A stretch of 32,000 bases of DNA, from positions 1 to 32,000 of the forward strand of contig CBDAFS010000036.1 in the NCBI GenBank assembly GCA_965195285.1, read 5' to 3'. Made by a program: the position numbers and the translations under genes. The notes under the pieces are model-generated. The model worked only from the letters and a program-made list of their open reading frames with translations. It was not told the DNA's origin and made no database searches. The DNA is from an uncultured Aminicenantes bacterium. Its GTDB lineage: Bacteria > Acidobacteriota > Aminicenantia > UBA2199. Below are positions 13,779 to 20,074 of this stretch, piece after piece (positions within the stretch are counted from its first letter, which is position 1; every line of letters begins with the position of its first letter).

Positions 13779-16346
13779 ATGAGTGAAAGAAAATCAACTC
13801 AAAAAGATATTTCCACCATCGTGGTTACCGGGGATGTGGCCGTTGACTGGATGGAAGTTCCAATTTCCCCGGCCCCGATATCCCATGACAACAACAATAT
13901 ACTTAACTGGCAGATCATCCGGGGCGTCCGGCAAATTGCCAGGCCAGGCGGTGCCCTGCTGCTGGCTGATTGGATCAGAGCCTTTACGAAAACAAAGGTT
14001 CTGTCCCCTGCCCTGAAAGGGATCGAAGACATCTCCCCTGAAGAGATTCTTCATTCACTGGTCTGCCTGGACCAATTCCCCTTTACTCAAAGCAGCCAGC
14101 AGAATAAGGTATTCAGAGTCAGCCAATTCAAAGGGTATAGCGGAAATCAAAAACAGACACCCGGGCTCATAAAATTGGCCAGTGATGACCCAAAGGCAAA
14201 AATTCTGGTTCTGGATGATTCCGGTAACGGATTCAGGAATGCAGCCGAAAAATTCTGGCCGGCTGCATTAACAGCTGGAAAACCCGACTGGATTATTTTG
14301 AAAATGAGCCACCCCCTGGTACAGGGAAAGTTGTGGAATAAACTGAGCAAGGATTATCCGGATAAAATGATTCTGGTAGTCAGTGCCGATGACTTACGCC
14401 GGCTGGGGGCAAAAATAAGCCGCAAGGTCTCCTGGGAGCGCACCGCCATGGATTTTGTCTGGCAGATGGCTGCCAATTCCAAACTGATTCCCCTGAATCA
14501 ATGTGCCTGCCTGGTGGTCAGATTCGGAGTGGATGGTGCCATTGTGTATTGGAGAAGAGCCGGGAAGGTAGATGCCCGCCTGTTCTATGATCCGGAAATC
14601 GGTGAAGAAGGTTTTTCCGATTATTGCCCGGGTAGAATGATCGGAATAGGTTCGGTTTTTACCGCCTCTCTGGTGGTTCATCTGGCAGAAAACAGCCTTG
14701 ATAATATAATGCCGGGTATTAGCAAGGGAATTCAGGCTTCGAGACGGTTATGGAAACTGGGTTTTGGCAATGACATGGCCCTGCTGAATTATCCGTTTGA
14801 CCGGCTATTCCATAAAAAAGATATTCAGGAAACTCCCATCATGGATGTGAAAATCCCATCATCCTCACATACCAATAACGCTGATCCCCTTTACTGGTGC
14901 ATTCTCCAGGATATTACTGATTTTGGCCTGGAAAAAGCAGCTATCAATCAGGTAATTTACGGAAAAGATTCCTCCCTGGACCGGGTTCCCCGGGGCCAGT
15001 TCCGTAATTTAATAACCGTTGACCGGTCGGAAATCGAAATTCTGTGCAATATTAGGAATCTGATCCGCGAGTACCTGGACAATCCTAAAATAACCCGTCC
15101 CCTGTGTGTAGCCGTTTTCGGCCCTCCGGGATCGGGAAAGTCTTTTGCCGTTACCGAAGTAGCCAAGAGTGTGTCCCCGGAAAAATTAGCCAAAGATCCC
15201 CTGGAATTCAATCTCTCCCAGTTTGATTCCACTTCGGAACTGATCGCTGCTTTTCACCGGGTGAGGGACGTCACCCTGGAAGGTAAAATTCCCATTGTCT
15301 TTTTTGATGAATTTGATACTGCATTGAACGGTAAATTAGGCTGGCTCAAGTATTTTTTAGCCCCCATGCAGGATGGAAAATTTCGGGAAGGAGAAACGGT
15401 TCACCCCATTGGCCGGGCCATCTTTGTATTTGCCGGCGGCACGAGTTCTACCTTTGCGGCTTTCAGCCGGGAAGAAAAAAAAGACCTGCGAGATCAGGAC
15501 AGGCAATTTTTTGTGGATGCCAAGGGGCCTGATTTTGTCAGCCGTTTGCGCGGTTATATCAATGTAAAGGGTCCGGATCCGGTAGATAAAAAGGACAAAC
15601 ACTATCTGATCAGGCGGGCCATTATCATCCGGTTTTTATTAAAGAAAAAAGCGGCTCATATTTTCAATTCCCGGGGGGAATGCCAGATCGACCCCGGGGT
15701 GCTCAGGGCCCTGATCAAGGTCCCGGAATACAAACACGGCATCCGGTCTATTGAAGCCATCATCGAGATGAGCATGCTGTCCGGACGACCCGGATTTGAG
15801 CAGGCTGCCCTTCCCTCACCCGAACAGCTCATCCTTCATGTGGATGCGGATATGTTTACCCGTCTGGTAACCCGGGATGTGATCCTGGGAGGAGCCAGGG
15901 AAGAAATTGCCCGGGCCATCCATGAAGAGTTTTTAGCCAATAACAAAGGAAAAAAAGAATTGAATAAAAAAACCATGGTTCCATGGGACCAACTCACAGA
16001 ACATTATAAGGGATCCAACCTACGGCAGGCCGAAGATATCCCCCGGAAACTCAAGGCCGTGAACTGTGATTTTGCCCCAATCAAAGACAGAAAGCCTAAG
16101 CTTATAACATTTAATAAAAAAGAGTTGCTATTAATGGCCCAGCTGGAACACGAGCGCTGGGTGAAAGAAAAATTCCTCAATGAATGGAGTTACGGAGAGA
16201 AAAAGGATGAAGTCAAAAAAACCCATCCCTACCTGGTGGAGTGGGAAAAGCTCTCGGAAAAGGAAAAACAAAAAGACATCAATGCAGTAGAAGCCATCCC
16301 CCAGCTCCTGGCCAGCATAGGATTTGAAATATACCGGCTCAAATGA
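13779..16346 (+). CDS. Three-module protein: ribokinase/PfkB-like (probably inactive) N-domain, AAA+ ATPase, C-terminal RyR domain
   Basis: An AAGGAGGA SD lies upstream. The N-domain has IVVTGDVAVDW, RPGGALLLADW (GG motif) and MIGIGSVFTASLV in place of DTxGAGDxF. AAA+ Walker A is VFGPPGSGKSF and Walker B is IVFFDEFDTA. The C-terminal AIHEEF...LEHERWVKEKFLNEWSYG..KKTHPYLVEWEKLSEKEKQKDINAV..IGFEIYRLK is paralogous to the end of the 9713 gene. Confidence 0.85.
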   Translation: MSERKSTQKDISTIVVTGDVAVDWMEVPISPAPISHDNNNILNWQIIRGVRQIARPGGALLLADWIRAFTKTKVLSPALKGIEDISPEEILHSLVCLDQFPFTQSSQQNKVFRVSQFKGYSGNQKQTPGLIKLASDDPKAKILVLDDSGNGFRNAAEKFWPAALTAGKPDWIILKMSHPLVQGKLWNKLSKDYPDKMILVVSADDLRRLGAKISRKVSWERTAMDFVWQMAANSKLIPLNQCACLVVRFGVDGAIVYWRRAGKVDARLFYDPEIGEEGFSDYCPGRMIGIGSVFTASLVVHLAENSLDNIMPGISKGIQASRRLWKLGFGNDMALLNYPFDRLFHKKDIQETPIMDVKIPSSSHTNNADPLYWCILQDITDFGLEKAAINQVIYGKDSSLDRVPRGQFRNLITVDRSEIEILCNIRNLIREYLDNPKITRPLCVAVFGPPGSGKSFAVTEVAKSVSPEKLAKDPLEFNLSQFDSTSELIAAFHRVRDVTLEGKIPIVFFDEFDTALNGKLGWLKYFLAPMQDGKFREGETVHPIGRAIFVFAGGTSSTFAAFSREEKKDLRDQDRQFFVDAKGPDFVSRLRGYINVKGPDPVDKKDKHYLIRRAIIIRFLLKKKAAHIFNSRGECQIDPGVLRALIKVPEYKHGIRSIEAIIEMSMLSGRPGFEQAALPSPEQLILHVDADMFTRLVTRDVILGGAREEIARAIHEEFLANNKGKKELNKKTMVPWDQLTEHYKGSNLRQAEDIPRKLKAVNCDFAPIKDRKPKLITFNKKELLLMAQLEHERWVKEKFLNEWSYGEKKDEVKKTHPYLVEWEKLSEKEKQKDINAVEAIPQLLASIGFEIYRLK

Positions 16347-16368
16347 AAGGTTTCTAAACGAGGATAAT

Positions 16369-18087
16369 ATGTCTGAAAAAAAACTTATCGGACAGATGTT
16401 AATCGAAGCTGGCCTGATTGATCAGGGAAAACTGAATGAAGCATTAAAAGAGCAAAAAAAATCAGGTCAAAAGATCGGGAGTATTTTAATCCGGCTGGGA
16501 TATGTATCTGAAAGTAATATAGCAAAGATGTTGAACAGGCAATTGGGGTATCCTTCAATAAACCTTTCCAAAATAGAGATTGACAAAAAAATCTTAGATT
16601 TATTAAATCCCGAAATTCTCCGGAAGCATACTGTTTTCCCGGTCTACCGAATCGGGTCAACTTTAACCCTGGCCATGGCTGATCCATCAAATTCATTTGT
16701 ACAGGAAGAGATAAGATTTTCAACTAATTTAAGGATTCAAGCGGTTATCGCACCTGAAAGTTCTATTTTTGAAGCCATCGACGAATATTATGGGTCATCA
16801 ACCGGAATTGAACATCGGATGTTTAAGATTGATGAGGTAGAAGCAGAAGAAAATTCGAATTTGGAATTCATGAGCATTGAAGCGGATGAATCATCTGAAT
16901 TCCAAACCAAAAAACCATCAAGCATAACTGATGAAAGTACCAAAAAAGATATTTCAGATATCAAAATAAATACTGATGCTTCGGTTTTCAAAATTAAAAG
17001 CGAGAATACGAATACTGATCTGTTTGAGAAATACAAAACCGATGCATTTAAAAAAAGTGAAGAGGAAAAGCCAATTACTGAAATTGGAAGAGAAGAACGA
17101 ATTACAACAAAATCTAGTGACCTTACTCCGGAGGATATGAAACAAAAATGGCAAACTTGCGGAGGGACTCAAAAATTTAAAAAAACACATACTGAGCGTT
17201 TTAGCTCTCCTTCCAGTATCATTCTTCATCCTTCAGATGTTGAAAATCTCAAAAAAGAAACCGGTGATGAGGTCGATTGTTCGGTCTTCTCACCAGCTGA
17301 AATTTCCAGGAATGAGACTATTATGGTTCAGGTGTTTATCCATCTTCCCGAACAAAAAGAAGAATCCATGGATTTGGCCCGGGAATTCGATGAAGAAACA
17401 TCCAGACGGGGATTTAAGAGCCTGAGTATTCCCGTGGAAAAGGATTCGACATTATCCTTTAATCTGGTATTACCGAAACTTGTGGTTGATGAAACAAACC
17501 AGGAACTGATCTGGAAAGGCCGGCCGGAATCGGTTCAATTCTCTGTATCTGCTTCTGAAGGATGCAGTATCGGAAATACAGTGGGAACGGTGACTATTTT
17601 TAACGGGAGTGTTCCTGTCGGGAATATAAAATTCAAAATAAAAATTTGTGAGGAAAAACAAACTGAAACCATCGATCAAGCCAATCCGATCGGAGAGCAA
17701 GCCAGTAAATTCACCAAGGCTTTCATATCCTATGCTGCCAAAGACCGTGACAAAGTTCTGGCCAGAATCCAGATGATGAAAGTAGTGGGAATAGATTATT
17801 TTCAAGATATTCTGGATCTTGATCCTGGGGTTCGATGGGAGAAAGAACTTTACAAACACATTGATGAATGTGATCTGTTTCTCCTTTTCTGGTCATCTGC
17901 TTCAAAAGAATCAGAATGGGTAATGAAGGAAGTCCGTTACGCCCTGAACAAAAAGGGAGGTGACGATCTTGCTCCACCCGAAATCTATCCGGTTATCATT
18001 GAAGGCCCACCGATTCCCCTGCCCCCACAGGAATTATCCCACCTCCACTTCAATGACCGGATTCTTTATGTCATGGGAAGGGATTAG
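16369..18087 (+). CDS. MshEN/T2SSE_N-like nucleotide-binding domain - acidic linker - beta-rich domain - TIR domain protein
   Basis: I prefer the ATG at 16369 (GAGGA SD at 16358..16362) over the TTG at 16324, which overlaps the upstream gene. The N-terminus carries two 24-residue motifs, LIGQMLIEAGLIDQGKLNEALKEQ and KIGSILIRLGYVSESNIAKMLNRQ, separated by 5 residues (16384..16542). The C-terminal TIR is KAFISYAAKDRD...CDLFLLFWSSASKESEWVMKEV, with a candidate catalytic Glu at 17929..17931. Confidence 0.85.
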   Translation: MSEKKLIGQMLIEAGLIDQGKLNEALKEQKKSGQKIGSILIRLGYVSESNIAKMLNRQLGYPSINLSKIEIDKKILDLLNPEILRKHTVFPVYRIGSTLTLAMADPSNSFVQEEIRFSTNLRIQAVIAPESSIFEAIDEYYGSSTGIEHRMFKIDEVEAEENSNLEFMSIEADESSEFQTKKPSSITDESTKKDISDIKINTDASVFKIKSENTNTDLFEKYKTDAFKKSEEEKPITEIGREERITTKSSDLTPEDMKQKWQTCGGTQKFKKTHTERFSSPSSIILHPSDVENLKKETGDEVDCSVFSPAEISRNETIMVQVFIHLPEQKEESMDLAREFDEETSRRGFKSLSIPVEKDSTLSFNLVLPKLVVDETNQELIWKGRPESVQFSVSASEGCSIGNTVGTVTIFNGSVPVGNIKFKIKICEEKQTETIDQANPIGEQASKFTKAFISYAAKDRDKVLARIQMMKVVGIDYFQDILDLDPGVRWEKELYKHIDECDLFLLFWSSASKESEWVMKEVRYALNKKGGDDLAPPEIYPVIIEGPPIPLPPQELSHLHFNDRILYVMGRD

Positions 18088-18101
18088 TACTTTTATAATA
18101 A

Positions 18102-20048
18102 ATGAATAATTACCCAAATAAAAAATCGGTCATTGAAACCTTCCAGCGGGCCCTGGATCAATCCTCCTTTGTATTAAAAGAAAATCCCGAACTGACATTC
18201 CCCCAGATTTATAACAGGTTATTTCCCGAAATTGAGAAAAAGGGATTATTGTTGGAGAAATTGGAATCAGGGAAAAACAAATATAGCAAACCTTGGCTTA
18301 GAATATTAACTAAACCAAAAAAAACAAATCCTTTAATCAGAACTTTTTCCGGACACAAAGGGATGATAACAGACTGTGCTTTCAACCCCAAGGGAGACAT
18401 AATTGTTTCCTCTGGTATGGACCGGCAACTGAAGATCTGGGATGTGAAGACTGCTAAAGAGATTTCGACTCTAGGAGGACACAACCACGAAGTAACCGGA
18501 TGTGCATTCAGCCCGGATGGCAAACGCATTGTTTCTTCCAGCAAGGATGGCACCGTGAGGATTTGGGAGGTCGGGACATCCAGGGAAATCATAACCATTG
18601 GAGAAGCGTCCGGCGATCAATTATCCGAGGTAACCTTTATGACCTGCTGCGCCTTCAGTCCGGACGGCCAATACATAGCGGCCGGCGACAGTGAAGGAAA
18701 GATTAAACTATGGGATGCGGACAATAGAGAAATGATTCTCGATTTTCAGGGCCACCGATCATGGATCGTGCAACTGGAATTCAGCCATGACTGGAAGCAG
18801 ATTGCCTCGGCCTCATTTGATAATACGATAAAAGTCTGGGATACCATATCAGGCAGGCAAATTGCTGATTTTAAAGGACATCGGGACTTGAGTGATATAA
18901 CCAATTGGATGTCATTTGCCTTCAGTCCTGATGACAAATGGATCATATCATCAAGTTATGATGATTATAAAATCAGGATCTGGGACAGCAGCACCGGCCG
19001 GGAATTGTATACTCTATTTGGTTCCTTTGATGAACACCCGATATGGCATCATGATCATTCAGGCGAGTTTATTTTTTCCGGAAACAAGGAGGGAAAAATA
19101 ACTGCTTGGAGGACAGATGACCGGGCCAGAAATCATTATGAGGGAATGGAAATAGTTACCGTCAGGGGCCATGAAAAAAATATCACATCGTGTTCCATCA
19201 GCCCGTTAGGCAAATATCTGTTAACCGGGAGTGCCGATACCACCATGAAGTTATGGGATGTGAAAAAACTCGTGGATATTGCTGGCTCAAATTATGAAAA
19301 TGACCTGAAGGAACATTCACAAACAGAAAAATTATCCACTCAAAAAAAACACATTGGTGATGGTGAAGAAGTTGATCAAATCAACGTTGAAGAGTTAATA
19401 AATAATTACCAATTATACAAGGGAAATATCGGAGAAAATACCAGTCGGATCTACAGCCCGGACCGTCGCCTTATTGCTTCTGCCTCTTATCACCTGCGAG
19501 AAAAAAAGAAAGAAATTAAAATACTGGATACTGAAACCGGTGAGGAAATTTTAACCCTTGAAGATTGCACCCCGCATAGGATTTTCTCTTTTTTCTTTCC
19601 ACCCGGGGATGTGGATTTTGGGGTATTTTTACAATATCACAGGATTATCAAAGAATACTTGAGAATTGTGAATCTTTCCTTTAGCCCGGATGGGAATCAT
19701 GTGATTGCCTCCAGCGGTGACAGAACCCTGAATATATGGGAGACAAATAGCGGAAGAGAAATTTTTTCACTTAAGGGACATTTTTTTAAAGAATTTGATT
19801 TCGCCTTTAATCCCGAATTTGAAAAAATGGTGATTATTGAGGATGAAAACCATATTTTCGCTCTTGAAAATTTCAAGAAAGACCCGGCAATTAGCTCAGC
19901 CAAAAAAGAAGCAAATAATTTGTACTATGTATGCCCCTATTGCCAGGTAACAAATCCCATAGAAGAATCATCACTGGACCAGGAAATCACCTGTACTTCC
20001 TGTGGGCAGAAAAATAAGCTAAACCCATTTACCATCAAATTGGATTAA
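18102..20048 (+). CDS. WD40 propeller protein, type-A cassette 1 (conserved head, partly degenerate second half, C-terminal zinc ribbon)
   Basis: Head MNNYPNKKSVIETFQRALDQSSFVLKENPELTFPQIYNR...KPWLRILT..LIRTFSGH. Canonical GH...CAFSPDG...WD repeats in the first half. Tail CPYCQ...CTSCGQKNKLNPFTIKLD. Confidence 0.9.
   Translation: MNNYPNKKSVIETFQRALDQSSFVLKENPELTFPQIYNRLFPEIEKKGLLLEKLESGKNKYSKPWLRILTKPKKTNPLIRTFSGHKGMITDCAFNPKGDIIVSSGMDRQLKIWDVKTAKEISTLGGHNHEVTGCAFSPDGKRIVSSSKDGTVRIWEVGTSREIITIGEASGDQLSEVTFMTCCAFSPDGQYIAAGDSEGKIKLWDADNREMILDFQGHRSWIVQLEFSHDWKQIASASFDNTIKVWDTISGRQIADFKGHRDLSDITNWMSFAFSPDDKWIISSSYDDYKIRIWDSSTGRELYTLFGSFDEHPIWHHDHSGEFIFSGNKEGKITAWRTDDRARNHYEGMEIVTVRGHEKNITSCSISPLGKYLLTGSADTTMKLWDVKKLVDIAGSNYENDLKEHSQTEKLSTQKKHIGDGEEVDQINVEELINNYQLYKGNIGENTSRIYSPDRRLIASASYHLREKKKEIKILDTETGEEILTLEDCTPHRIFSFFFPPGDVDFGVFLQYHRIIKEYLRIVNLSFSPDGNHVIASSGDRTLNIWETNSGREIFSLKGHFFKEFDFAFNPEFEKMVIIEDENHIFALENFKKDPAISSAKKEANNLYYVCPYCQVTNPIEESSLDQEITCTSCGQKNKLNPFTIKLD
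19980..20044 (+). repeat. 65-nt type-A tail block, identical to 24979..25043
   Basis: By hand comparison, caggaaatcacctgtacttcctgtgggcagaaaaataagctaaacccatttaccatcaaattgga is identical in both copies. Confidence 0.9.
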
Positions 20049-20074
20049 GCATGTATAGTCAGTGTTAAAGGACA

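Noticed and set aside
16324-16368. TTG-initiated 5' extension of the MshEN-TIR ORF given in the ORF track
   Set aside because: It overlaps the last 23 nt of the upstream gene, starts with TTG and has no SD. The ATG at 16369 has a GAGGA SD and places the MshEN motif at the very N-terminus, as in other T2SSE_N domains.
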